Below are positions 1-11,489 of a DNA stretch of 64,000 nucleotides, one piece after another (positions within the stretch are counted from its first letter, which is position 1; each line of letters opens with the position of its first letter). Source of the DNA: Octopus sinensis. Its lineage: Eukaryota. The notes under the pieces were generated by a model. It saw nothing but the letters and a program-made list of their open reading frames with translations, did not search any database and was not told the origin of the DNA. The stretch is from positions 112,220,001 through 112,284,000 of the forward strand of contig NC_042997.1 in the NCBI RefSeq assembly GCF_006345805.1, written 5' to 3'. A program made the translations under genes and the position numbers.

Positions 1-33
<33 letters not shown>
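1..33. repeat. (AGAT)n microsatellite
   Basis: Direct tandem AGAT units at the window start. Confidence 0.95.
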
Positions 34-480
34 TATGATGTTATAGAGAAACAATAGTTAAAATTCTAAATGACTGACCTAAATAACAAATGCCTTTTAC
101 TGTTAGGACACATTAACTGTGTCTCATTAGCTTCAATTTTCTTTTTCCTGTTGCCCTGACACATTGTACTTTCACACACACACACACATGCATATACATA
201 CACTGAATTTTCTCCTCAACATGAAAGTAATTTTAATGAATTAAAATTTCTTGGCTTAGTTCACAACTTTAAAAACTTTTAAAACTGACCAGTGTTTAAT
301 GCAAACGGAAGAACCATGCATGAGAGAAGTCAGAAGATGGAGGATTTTTAAGAATTATCATGTGGAGCATGCTTTCCTTCCAACCATGAATGTAGTCAGA
401 AGACGTAGCACAAGATGATGAAATTGAGGAGGTAAAGGAATACATCTGCTTAGGATGTGCAATGAACATGTACCAAAGTA

Positions 481-850
481 TCATCATCATCATATTCATC
501 ATTTAATGTCCGTTTTCCATGCTAGCACAGGTTGGATGGTTCAACCGGGGTCTGGGAAGCCAGGAGGCTGCACCAGGCTCCGGTCTGATCTGGCAGTGTT
601 TCTACAGCTGGATGCCCTTCCTAACGCCAACCACTCCGTGAGTGTAGTGGGTGCTTTTTATGTGCCACCGGCACAGGTGCCAGGGTAGGCTGGCAGTGGC
701 CACGATCGGTTGGTGCGTTTTACGTGCCACCGGCACAGAAGCCAGTCAAGGTGGTGCTGGCATTGGCCACATTCGGATGGTGCTTTTTACCTGCCACCGG
801 CACAAGTATCACAACTACGATTTCCATTGATATTTATTTTGATGTTGATT
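481..850 (-). mobile_element. RTE LINE 3'-UTR fragment with (GAT)n tail
   Basis: Reverse complement matches the 3' UTR that follows the RTE ORF at 16280-16848 (…ggaagggcatccagctgtagaaa…taaacgatgatgat). Confidence 0.85.
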
Positions 851-1045
851 TACCCTCACCATAATGCGATTCACCTATCGCAGTTAGTTTATTATTCAAG
901 CTTATGTTGATTCCTCCGAGGCGTTGTTTTGCATTTATAATGAAATAAATATGGATACTAGAATCTCAAAGAGGATAAGGATAGGATGGAAGGCATTTAA
1001 TTCAATAAAGGACGTTTTAGTAATGGAAGGTAAAGTTTACGATAT

Positions 1046-1439
1046 TGGAAGAATATTATCTCCTTCCATCATCCTTTTCTTGTTCTTCATGTAGTTCAGG
1101 CTTTCGGCAGGTGAAGAGAAAAGAATTCAAGTACAACTGCTATTTACAACTGGTTTATTTACAGGAAAGGTGAAGTGTGCTGCTCTCAGCTACCATCTTA
1201 AGCTCCGATAGTGTGGGCGCATTGCCTCTGGAGATAGACAGGCAGAAAATCTCTGCCAGTGGTTGTGTTCAGCCAGTGCTGCTGTGTAGTGGCACCAAAA
1301 AAGAGAAATTTGAAGAGGGTTTTCCCTTTATATAGTTTTCTCCAATGCGAGCCTTGTGATCTCGAGCATCGCAAATGGATGCAGACGAGGTCGTGATCCA
1401 GTCTCAGAGATGGCAATGGCTGCTGTGAGATCTCATCCA
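1046..1439. mobile_element. Solo LTR-like insertion
   Basis: Begins TGGA and ends TCCA, flanked by an ATAT 4-bp duplication (1042-1045, 1440-1443). GC content is higher than the flanks. Confidence 0.6.
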
Positions 1440-1669
1440 ATATGGCGCTGACTGCTTGTGCCGCTACAATGTGTTCCGATCAAAGCTAGACAATGCCTTA
1501 CATGCCAGACTCTTCAAAAGCACCATCCTACCTGTGTTCTCATTCACAAGTGAGATGTGGCCTACTACAAAGGGGATAAAATTATCAATTGGTTACACTG
1601 TAAAAGGCCATGGAAAGGTCTTTGCAAAGAATATCATTAAGTCATTTGTGCCGAAATTTTTCTAGTGAA

Positions 1670-1835
1670 TGAAATTGCCTGAAAATTCTTGGATAACACA
1701 TGGAGGGGGGGGGGGCAGAATGCATGGGCAACTGCTGGTCTTCCATAAACGACCTTGCCTGGACTTGTGCCTGGGAGGGTAACTTTCTAGGTGCAATCCA
1801 ATGGTCAGTCATGACCGAAGGGGATCTCAACAAAT
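1670..1835 (-). repeat. Interspersed SINE-like repeat (same family at 31232-31440, + strand)
   Basis: Shared ggtcatgaatgaccatgggattgcacctagaaagttacc segment in opposite orientations at the two loci. Confidence 0.7.
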
Positions 1836-3379
1836 AACAACTGAAAAGAAATTTCATTGAAATCCATTTGATACAGACTGCATATGCATTAAGGACATGT
1901 TACATTCTTTGATACAGATCATACACAAATCACAATTTGTATCAAGTATTTTTTTTACCCTTACAAATTAAGGATCAGTTTAAACAGACGTTTGGCATGA
2001 ATGGGTTAAGAGATCAGATTTGAAATGAGATAATTCAAGATTAGATCAGAGTGAACAATGTGATCACAGAGTACCAAAAGCACAAGTTCTGCAGGGCCAG
2101 ACACGTCACTAGATACACAGACAACTGATGGACATGTGCAGTTGTCAAGAGGTATCCAAAAGATGAGAAAAAAACCGCTTGGAAAGTTTCCATGGTAATG
2201 GGAAGAAGATTTAGTCAAGCAATTTAGGTCAAGATGGAAAAGAATGATGCAGTTAAGACAGAATTGGAAGTGCATTGTGACCAGTGGTGTATAACAACAT
2301 CTGACATGACTGCTTGTCACTCATGTAGTTGGGAAGCAAACTTCTTACTACTTGGCCGTGCCAGTGAGCATAATATTTCTTCAAAAATTCCATGCTTCCT
2401 GAAATTCATTGACACTTCTCTTGATGTGCCTATCCACCTTTTCTGCTTTAAGATTCTTTTAATGCTCTCTTTTCTGTCTTTTTGTATTTTATTTCCTGTA
2501 CTGTGAATGTACCTTTTAGCTTTCATTGCAGTCTTTCATTACCAGACTTATTATATGTCTGCGTTCTATCCCTTCTTTTAATCTTTTCTGATGAGCAGTA
2601 GTGCACCTGAGTGCTTTATACAATAAGCTCATTATTATTTTCTTCTTTCAAAAGGCAAAGACTTACCAGCTGTGGTCATCCCTTCTCTCTCTCCCTTCTT
2701 CCGTCTTTTTCTAACTCTCTTCAAATAATTTATTTATTACATTATGCATAATATTTTTGTGCTAAAATATCAAAGTATTGAGAGAGATTTAGTTGTTATT
2801 TCTAGTAGCTCAGTTGGCCGTATAGAGACACTTTGTGTAGTCGTTTCGAAAGTAAACAGACTTAAAAGTGATTATTCTTCAATAATTCTTTAATAATTTC
2901 ATTGAACTTTGAAAAAAAATACAAATAATTGCATTTTGTTTTATAATTATTCATATTTTGTTGATATTTACTAAAAAAACAAAGGACAGAGCCAGACAAT
3001 CACTGCAACATATTTTCATTTCGAAATAATAATACATCAATGACAATATTAAAGATTGAGGTATTTCAAGAAAATTTGATTGAATATAGTTGAGACAGTT
3101 GAGATAATGGCTTGCTGGCTAAGTTTACCTTTTGTGGGGGTCAAAATAAAGTACCTGTCATGGATTAAGGATTGATGTATCTCATGTATTCCCTGACCCC
3201 AAAAGATTTTGTCTATTTAATTGTCTCATTGAGTTGGGATTACAATCCATCCAGACGGGATCAAATTAGCCTGATAAAGCTTTGTTGCCAAAAGAATTTG
3301 CCATCTCAGTTACATAAATGATATTCTCTATCTCTCCTCAGTCTACTTTCTGTCCATACTTGCTCTTCCGTTTCTTTCA

Positions 3380-4086
3380 TTTTAAAAAATTTTTTTCGAG
3401 CAACGAAGCTCTAATTCTGTGGAGATGGTTGATTTGTTAGTTCTAGAGAAGTGAAGACGGACTCCGTTTGGAGACAATACCGTTTAAACAACCTGATCGA
3501 TCTATTCGATCAATATTCGAAGTCTCGTTTGACTTTGCAAGCGATAAATTTTCTGGAGATAGGTCTTTAAGTACTCCCTATTCTCTAGTGTGCAAATGAG
3601 GAAATGTATATGTCTTTCTGACTAAATTTTATTATTATTATCCATTTATATTTGCAAATTATATTCTTAACAAAAAAAAAAAATGAATAAAGGTAGTATG
3701 GCGATTTCACTTTCGGATTTTTTTTCAATTCAGTTTTATAATAAATATATTTTATATCATTGGTTTTGTTTTATTTTCTATTGATTGATTTATTTGTTTC
3801 AATATAAAATAAAACTGAATTTCTTTTTACAATTTATTCACCAAAAATTATGATTTTTTACGATTATTACCGAAGTACGTTTTACGAAATAGATTTTCTT
3901 TTTCAACTTTTTACATTTTAACTAATAATATTAATCTTTTAACATCAAACTATTATTCTATTCTCAAACAAAAAAATACAGATAGTGTCTTAATTTGACA
4001 GTTTATTTGATATATGATAATTTTTTTGTCAATTTAAATCATTGCTTTCGTCTCCATTCATAATCAGACGACAGGTTCATGGCGGC
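3380..4086 (+). promoter_or_regulatory. Putative promoter and 5' exon of an unidentified host gene
   Basis: CpGs are retained here while the paralogous copy at 9.1-10.8 kb shows CG>TG/CA changes. The block ends in gttcATGGCGGC|GTAAGT. Confidence 0.5.
4079..4086 (+). CDS. Putative first coding exon (ATG GCG GC, phase-2 donor)
   Basis: ATG at 4079-4081 followed by a consensus donor GTAAGT at 4087-4092. Unspliced, it reads M-A-A-stop. Confidence 0.4.
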
Positions 4087-4224
4087 GTAAGTTGAAACAA
4101 CAGTTCTAATGCTTAGACTTTAATTATTATTATTTTGCTTAAAACCCTCACATTAAATTTAACAACGTTGAGCTTTGATTCAATTAGTATCAAAAAATAT
4201 TTTATTTACTTTCTTTATAGAATA

Positions 4225-4377
4225 TTTGGCAGAGATAAAGAATACGTACACCATCCGTTTTCGGCGTAACAAAAACACTAACCCTGACCCTAATCCTAAA
4301 CCCGACCCTAATCCCAAACCCTTACTCTAACCCCTAATCTTAACCACCGGTTATACGTATTCTTTACTTTCACCGAA
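4225..4377. mobile_element. MITE with TA target duplication and internal (CCCTAA)-like repeats
   Basis: Terminal inverted repeats tttggcagagataaagaatacgta / tacgtattctttactttcaccgaa with TA on both sides. It is absent from the paralogous site near 10770. Confidence 0.8.
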
Positions 4378-5049
4378 TATTTATATAATTCGAGAAAGTT
4401 GGACGTTGAGGACATTGCGCTGTTAAGAGCTTCCATGCCTCCCATAATTCACCGACATTGCCCCTGACTTAACCATTCTTTCATCTTCATGACTCTTAAT
4501 GCTCACTTTCCTTTCTTTTTATGTTTTATTCTATGTATTGTGTATATACTTTTTAGCTTCCGTTGATGTCTGCTTTCTCTTCTTTTAACCCTTTTTTAAA
4601 ACACTTTGCAAGAAGCTCCTTGTTATTATATTCTTTGGAAAGTGTTATTTAAGCTCCTTCTCCAGCAGAACTATTTATATCAATAAAGACGTTCCAGCCG
4701 TGGTCATCTCTTCTTTTTTCTTTATCTCTCTCTCTTTTTTTTTTTGCGAATATTTAAGTTAGAACAACCTTATACATATCTTATTTTCTAAAATAGTAAT
4801 GTATAATTTTAGGGAGATTTAGTTGTTATTTTTAGCAGCTTGTGTAGTCCTTTTGAAAATAAAGAGATTAAAACTGATTATTTTTCGGTGATACTTTTAG
4901 TTGTTTCATTGAACTTTGAAGGAAAAATACGAATAATTACATTTCATTTTATATCTATTCATATTTAGTTGAATTAAAAAAAAAAAACAATCAACTGAAG
5001 ATTTTATTATTGCACATAGAGTTTAAATGTGTTGGGCTTTTTATAAATA

Positions 5050-5560
5050 ACTAGCAGTATCGCCCGGCGTTGCTCGGGTTTGTAAGGGAAATAACTATAT
5101 AAGCATTTTTAGAGAGTTACTTCCCTTATAGATGCCAATTCGGGCTTTCTTAGCCATTTCTGTTTTGGTGTTTTCAAGCCATGAAGTCGTTCTAAAAGAA
5201 CGCTGGTCTCCTTGACAACGCTTTACGACGTTGATTTCCTTACACTCCCTTCCCCACAGCTTCACGAGGGAGGGAAGAAGAGGGGGAGCAAACAGGTGCA
5301 GATGTGAGCGTGGACGCCAACTCCGCCGCCATCGACACACGAAAAATTATGCATTAAAATGGAATAAAAAATGATGTTAAATTATTTTAAAAATCGTAGA
5401 CTCATCGTAGACGCGCGCTAATACCCAGACGGGCTCGATATGAATCACGACTATAAGATACCCGAATTTGGTTAAACTGCACCGCAAAATGTGGGAGTAG
5501 TTAGGAATCTAAATCGAAGGGGACAGACACTCACACAACTACAGTTTTATATATATAGAT
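5050..5560 (+). mobile_element. Non-autonomous Helitron/Helentron-like (HINE/Lep1-type) element
   Basis: 5' ACTAGCAGTATCGCCCGGCGTTGCTCGGG hairpin and 3' gacagacac…ttttatatatatagat. A near-identical copy lies at 50552-51067. Confidence 0.7.
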
Positions 5561-5604
5561 ATACATCAACAATTACACTACGTACAAATTCTATTTTATT
5601 ACAT

Positions 5605-5999
5605 ACTAGCAGTATCGCCCGGCGTTGCTCTGGTTTGTTTCGACCCTTTAGAATTGGAATTTTTGAAAAGTAAAAATTTTGCCTTATGTAGCTTGTTATT
5701 CTCTTTAAGTGAATATTTTTCTGGTTGAAATACACCGAAAAATGGCGACACAGCAGTAAAAAAAATCGTAAAAAATAAGGATTTTCATAGAAAAAAAGCA
5801 CCTTTTTGATGTAAATAATTTTTGGTGTTAACATGGTCCGATTTGAATTTTTTCTTCTACGGAAGAAAGAGCAAGCCTTCTTCTATCATACTCTCAATTT
5901 TGGTCAACTTGCACTGCAGGGTCTCGGAGGAGATAGTGTTAGTTGAAGGCTACCAAACCTGCCATACACAGACAACTTCAGCTTTATATATATAGAGAT
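5605..5999 (+). mobile_element. Second HINE-like element, same termini but different body
   Basis: Same 5' ACTAGCAGTATCGCCCGGCGTTGCTC and 3' acagaca…tttatatatatagagat ends. Confidence 0.65.
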
Positions 6000-6869
6000 T
6001 TAACACGTATGCATATGATATAATACATATGTAATACAAAACCACATTTAAAATACAAATCCCAAACCGAAGAAAACACAACTATGAGAGAAAAAAGGAA
6101 AATGAAAAGGAGAAAAAAGAGGAAGGAAGAAAGAAAAATCCTTCAATCAACACCAGGTGCCTCAATGGGTTGCAACCACGAGGTTCAACGGAACCTACTG
6201 AAGCAAGCGAATATGCATTACCACGGACGATGGCGGGGCCAAGGCGTTGGAACAGTCAAGTACCCTCATGGGTAAGGCAAGATGCCAACAATAACGAGAA
6301 CTTGGTTGTTAATGGCCCAGCCCCTCCAAACGTCTCCAACACCACAGGCTGGAAGGGGTGGTTCACTGACAGGTCCTGGTACTTCAGAATTTTATTCCTT
6401 TCAGCTATGGATGCAGTGATCCTCCCATTTACTGCAGCATCCAGGATGTGAGATGGAGCAAAGGAGTCACAGACTGTGGCATCCCAGATGAAGCACCTAC
6501 CTGTTATCCAGGGACAGAGGGTAAGACCATCTAGTCTCTTCCTATCACTTCTGGATAATCCCACTAGCTCTAAAACTGAGGGGATATTAACCTGAGCCAA
6601 GACCTACTTAGTAATGAAGTTTAGCTCAGTGTGACGAATGAAACAACCAACATTTAGATGGCAAGACAAGCCATGAAGGCCTGTGGAGTTGAGAGGCCCA
6701 CTACAGCAACATCTCAATCCTCCACAAATGTTGGTTCCCACTCTGAGTGCAATGGAGATGTGGAGCTCATCCAGACTCAACAGACCACCAATGTTGGCCA
6801 CAGGCAGGACATCAATCCAGTCCCCTGACAATATCACACTTGTAGAAAGTAGGCAACACCTTGAAAATT

Positions 6870-7678
6870 GATCTGATTGATCAAAGAGTTGAATTCATGC
6901 ACGTAATCTTCAGCTGCCTTTATGTCAGAGCTTGCTGCTTCTCCATACCTGACGGTTCTATGAACAACAGTCTTCTTGAAATTATCAAACCAGCCATAAC
7001 TGGCCTTAAATGCATCTGTTGATGGCTCCTCCATTGATATTCCTGGGTTCTGCTTCAGGAGATCCCCATACAGCGCTCATGCTTTCTTGCAGATGATGGT
7101 CTCCCTAATCATACCCCCTGCGAGTTGCTTCTCGTTGATCCACAATTTTTCCATCCTTGTATATTGCTTAGAGACCCTAGATACATCTTTTGCTGTTGTA
7201 ATGGCCTTGATCTCGTCCTTTTTCTTCAGGATGGTGCAGATCGTCAACATGCTTCAGTCATATTGACATGTTATGTCCACTACACACACTTCTCTCTCAT
7301 GTTTATCAATGATTTCCTTCTTTAGTTATATTGCAATCAATTTTTTCTTCTCCTCAGCACTGCCCTTTGCATAAATCTTCGGAGGACCCATGGCTAACAC
7401 AACTAATTGTTTTACAATAATAGCAAAATATGCACAAAACTGGGAAAAACACAAGAGGGATGCTGCCACAATGAGATAAACACGTGAACTGAGCAAGCGG
7501 AGACTGATCTTGTTGGGAGAGTGTGTGTGAGCTCAGCACTGACTAGCAGTTGCTTGTATGAATCTCACTCGTACTGCAGATTTCTGCTTGTACTTCAAGA
7601 CAAAAATTCACATGAGCCTCGGCTCATACAGTAAATTACTTGTACAATGGTGCAATCATACTGCAAGGTTCTGCTGTA
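6870..7678 (-). mobile_element. Tigger/pogo-like DNA transposon remnant
   Basis: CENP-B-like HTH motif FKASYGWFDNFKK…VRYGEAASSD and a TA-flanked CAGCAGAACCTTG terminus at about 7678. Confidence 0.75.
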
Positions 7679-8043
7679 GTTGCTCAAGGTTACCATCTTA
7701 GATCAAAAGATGAACTTAAAAGTTCAGTCTGTAAATGCAGCTCTAAGAGAGCACCATGACAATGAGAGAGGAACTGTGATAGAGGAGAAGGAATCTGCAA
7801 GCAGGTTTACAGTGTGCTGATGTGAAGCTGGACGGTTGAGGAGCCAGAGCTCATATTTAGATCTGTTGATGTTAAGGCCTCTATGACCAAGTTCTTCAAT
7901 CATCATCCTTGTAGTTGCAAGGCCTCTCCTCACAAAAAAAGCATTATCAAGACACCAGGCATTCAAGTCCAAGTCAGCTCCCATCTTGGTAATGTCATCA
8001 ATCACTGGTGAAAATAGAGCAGGTCCAAGAGCATCATCCTGAT

Positions 8044-8420
8044 TACTTACTTGTAATTGTGACGGCGTTCACTCAGGGCGGGTTGAGCCAGCTTCTTCTC
8101 TGGTCTTGACAGCATCACAAACCATGGTGGCTCACGCTTGTTGGTCCTGTGCGAGGTCACTAGAGATAGCGAGCAATTCACGGTTCCATCTGCACAGACT
8201 GACCACCTGTGGACCTGAGAGTTCGGGGAGGTCCTCCTTTATCGTCAATGCCCAGGTCTTCAGCTGCCTGTGCATTTGCGCCTGTTGGGAAGTGGAGGTG
8301 GGAGGAGGACATCATGAATCAGCTCACCCTCTGGACACCGGGCCGCATGACTGAACTCGGTGGATCGGGAAGCCCTCTGGTGTATTATGCAGGTGGATGG
8401 TATCCCTGTGAAGCTGCTAA
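8044..8420 (-). mobile_element. 5'-truncated RTE-like 3' end with 11-bp TSD
   Basis: ATCATCCTGAT at both 8033-8043 and 8421-8431. Translates KTWALTIKEDL…WNRELL…DLAQD…AGSTRPE* and ends in a caagtaagta tail. Confidence 0.8.
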
Positions 8421-9950
8421 ATCATCCTGATGGACTCCAAAGGCAGATCAAAGAAGAGGCTGGATGGCTCCTGATAAGCTTGCCTATCAAAGTGGTAGAG
8501 CTGTGGGACATTCCCCCTTACTGCATGGAGGATGACATTCCAGCAGATAGAATTGAAGGCATTCCTGAGATCTAGTTTGAGAATGACCTTTGGAGTCTTA
8601 GAAGAAGGCAAATTGGTGAAAACTTGTGGCATGACCTGCATCCTCACAACCTAGCTTTGTACCAATCCCTAACTAAATAGGAGAAAATTTGGTAGACAAG
8701 CAGTTTGGACCTGAGGACAGACACACTTTTGCTGTGGGCTGTCACAGAGTACACCCAACTGTTATGGAGCAAAGGTCACTGTTGGGCTTTGTGAAATCAA
8801 ATAGTTTAACGCCAAAGAACAGGGGGAAAATGTAGGGAAGAACACTTTCAGACAAGGACATGTTGATGAACTGGATTAGGTTTTCCAAGAACTCAAGACT
8901 GGCACCTGGCTGACAGGGAGATACCATTTTTTAGATGCTGAGTTTGTAGACCATCAAGCCCAGCATCAGAACTTGCAGGAAAGGATGCAGCCATCTTCCT
9001 GATATTGTCAGAGGAGAAAGAAGATTGTAAAAAAAACCCTGATAGATTGGGCCAATGATGGATAAGGCCAAACATTCATGGTAAAATGTTTTTATTTGGA
9101 AATAATATGTTAATGACAATCTTTTTGATTAATGATTGAGATATTTTAATAATATTTGGTAAAATGTAGTTGAGACAGTTGTGATAATAATCATTGGATA
9201 AGTTTACCTTCCATCTTTCTGAGCAGTAGGGCTAAAATAAAGTACCAGTTATGTACTGAGGTAAACATATTCCCTTTTACCCCAACTCCAGAAGATTATG
9301 GTATGGTCTTGTATCTATGAGAAATATGATATAGAATAAAACATAAATAATGACATAAAATATATTTATTACAATAACTGAATTGAAAAAAATTCTGAAA
9401 ATGAAACTGTCATGAAATCTCTAATATATATTTTAAGACTGTGTGTTTTAATTGTACCTTACAATAGGGAAAACTGGAAGCCCTATCTCCAGTATATATT
9501 GTACTCACAAAGTAAAGTGAGACTTTGAATACTGATTGATCGATCAGATTGTTTCAATGGTAAATTGTCCCCAAACTCTTTGAATTGATCTACCTTTTCT
9601 CTAGAGCTAACAAATCAAACACCTTCAGAGAATTAGAGCTTCAGCCATTTGGAGCTAATCCATATTAGAAAACATGAGTTCATTGCTCCGCAAAGAAGAG
9701 GAGCAAGCAGGAACACAAAGGAAATTTGGGAGAGATAGAGAATAACATTTATGTAACCCCAAATTCTTTGAGCAATACAGCCTGGACAGGCAAAGTTGAT
9801 CTTGTCTGGATGGATTTTAATCCAGACTTAATGATTGAGATCTTTTTTAAATTCTTCTAACTATTAAAAGTCTGGTGAAAATATAAAATAATTCGTGGTT
9901 GGAAAAATTTTAAAAAGATCCTATTTATTTGCTTTTTTTTTTTTTTTTTT

Positions 9951-10345
9951 TTTACTTGTTTCAGTCATTTTGACTGCGACCATGCTGGAGCACCACCTTT
10001 AATCGAGCAACTCGACCCCGGGACTTATTCTTTGTAAGCCCAGTACTTATTCTATCGGTCTCTTTTGCCGAACCGCTAAGTAACGGGGACATAAACACAC
10101 CAGCATCGGTTGTCAAGCAATGCTAGGGGGACAAACACAGACACACAAACACACACGCACATACATATATATACATATATACGACGGGCTTCTTTCAGTT
10201 TCCGTCTACCAAATTCACTCACAAGGCTTTGGTCGGCCCGGGGCTATAGTAGAAGACACTTGCCCAAGGTGCCATGCAGTGGGACTGAACCCGGAACCTT
10301 GTGGTTGGTAAGCAAGCTACTTACTACACAGCCACTCCTGCGCCT
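9951..10345 (-). mobile_element. tRNA-derived SINE family A (well-preserved copy)
   Basis: tRNA-like head gagtggctgtgtagtaag…gggttcagtcccactg, internal TA/CA repeat and conserved 3' part. Many copies occur in the window. Confidence 0.85.
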
Positions 10346-11039
10346 ATATACTGAAAATTAATTATCTTTACGATTTATTTACCAAAATTAATATCTATTT
10401 TCATGATTACTACCAAAGTATGTTTTATGAAATACATTTTATTTTCTAAGTTTTTACTTTTTCACAAATAATATTAATCTTAGCATCACGTTACAATTTT
10501 ATTTTTAAAGAAAAATTACAGATAGTCTTCATTTCACAGTTTATTTGATAGAAATATAATAATTAATATTTTGACTATTTAAATCAATACTTTGGTTTCC
10601 ATTCATAACCAGACAACAGTTTCATCTCTGCGTAAGCTGAAACAACAGTTCTTAAGCTTAAACTTTAATTATTTTTGTTTTTTGTTTAAAACCCTCATAT
10701 AAATATTAATGTCATAAAACTTTGACTCATTTAATATCAAGAAATATGTTTTATTTGCTTTCTTTATTGAGTATTAATATAATTATCAAAGTTTGGACGT
10801 CAAGGTATTGACTTAGTAGAAGCCCACAAAATTACTCACTATCTTTTCATCAATGATTTTGGTCACCTTTTTTAATTTAGTATCACTCACAGACGCATGC
10901 TAATAAAATAAAATAAAAACAAGCCAGCACCCTTGACTTCCAGAAAAATTTTTTCATGATCTGAATTGCTAAACCCTGAAATAAACTACTCATATCAGTT
11001 CTTAATCTGTCTGGACACCACATTCTTTAAAAATTCCAT

Positions 11040-11485
11040 CATCATCATCATTGTTTAACATCCATTTTCCATGCTAGCATGGGTTGGACAGTTTGACTGA
11101 GGTCTGGATAGCCAGCAGCTGCACCAGGCTCCAATCTGATTTGGCAGTGTTTCTACAGCTGGATGTCCTTCCTAATGCCAACCACTCCAGGAATGTAGGG
11201 GGTGCTTTTTATGTGTCACTGGCAGAGGGGCCAGTCAGGTAATCCTGGCATTAATCACATTTGGATGGTACTTTTTACGTGCCACCAGCACGGGAGCCAG
11301 TCAGGGGGTACTGGCGCTGGCCACGTTCGGATGGGGCTATTTACATGCCATCATCACTGGTGCCAGCCAGGCAGATCTGGCATTGACCACGTTTGGATGG
11401 AGCTTTTTATGTGCCACTGGCACAGGAGCCAGTCAGAGGGTACTGGCCACAGCTATGATATTGGTTTTACTTGTCTCAACAGGTC
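11040..11485 (-). mobile_element. RTE 3'-UTR fragment
   Basis: Same family as 481-850 and 16280-16848. Confidence 0.8.
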
Positions 11486-11489
11486 TTCT

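Larger units (their letters stand above)
900..2290 (+). mobile_element. Old RTE-clade LINE, RT C-terminal fragment, interrupted
   Basis: Degenerate translations RISKRIRIGWKAFNSIKDVL, ARLFKSTILPVFSFTSEMW and RARHVTRYTDN*W…PLGKFPW*WEEDL fit the RTE C-terminal motifs. It is interrupted by a solo LTR and another repeat. Confidence 0.65.
6130..9075 (-). mobile_element. CRE-clade (RLE endonuclease) non-LTR retrotransposon, decayed and interrupted
   Basis: RT motifs KVILKLDLRNAFNSI, GVHQDD/ALGPALF and LDLNAWCLD. C-terminal RLE-type motif KRLDGLTLCPW…WDATVCDSFAPSH…KYQDL…VLETFG. Confidence 0.8.
4690..10830 (+). repeat. Diverged local duplicate of about 2650-4430, expanded by TE insertions
   Basis: 4690-4980 aligns to 2650-2960, 9090-9290 to 3010-3210, 9470-9830 to 3230-3590 (inverted), and 10345-10810 to 3790-4420. 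Confidence 0.8.

Noticed and set aside
4280-4345. Telomere or interstitial telomeric array
   Set aside because: Short, degenerate and enclosed by MITE TIRs.
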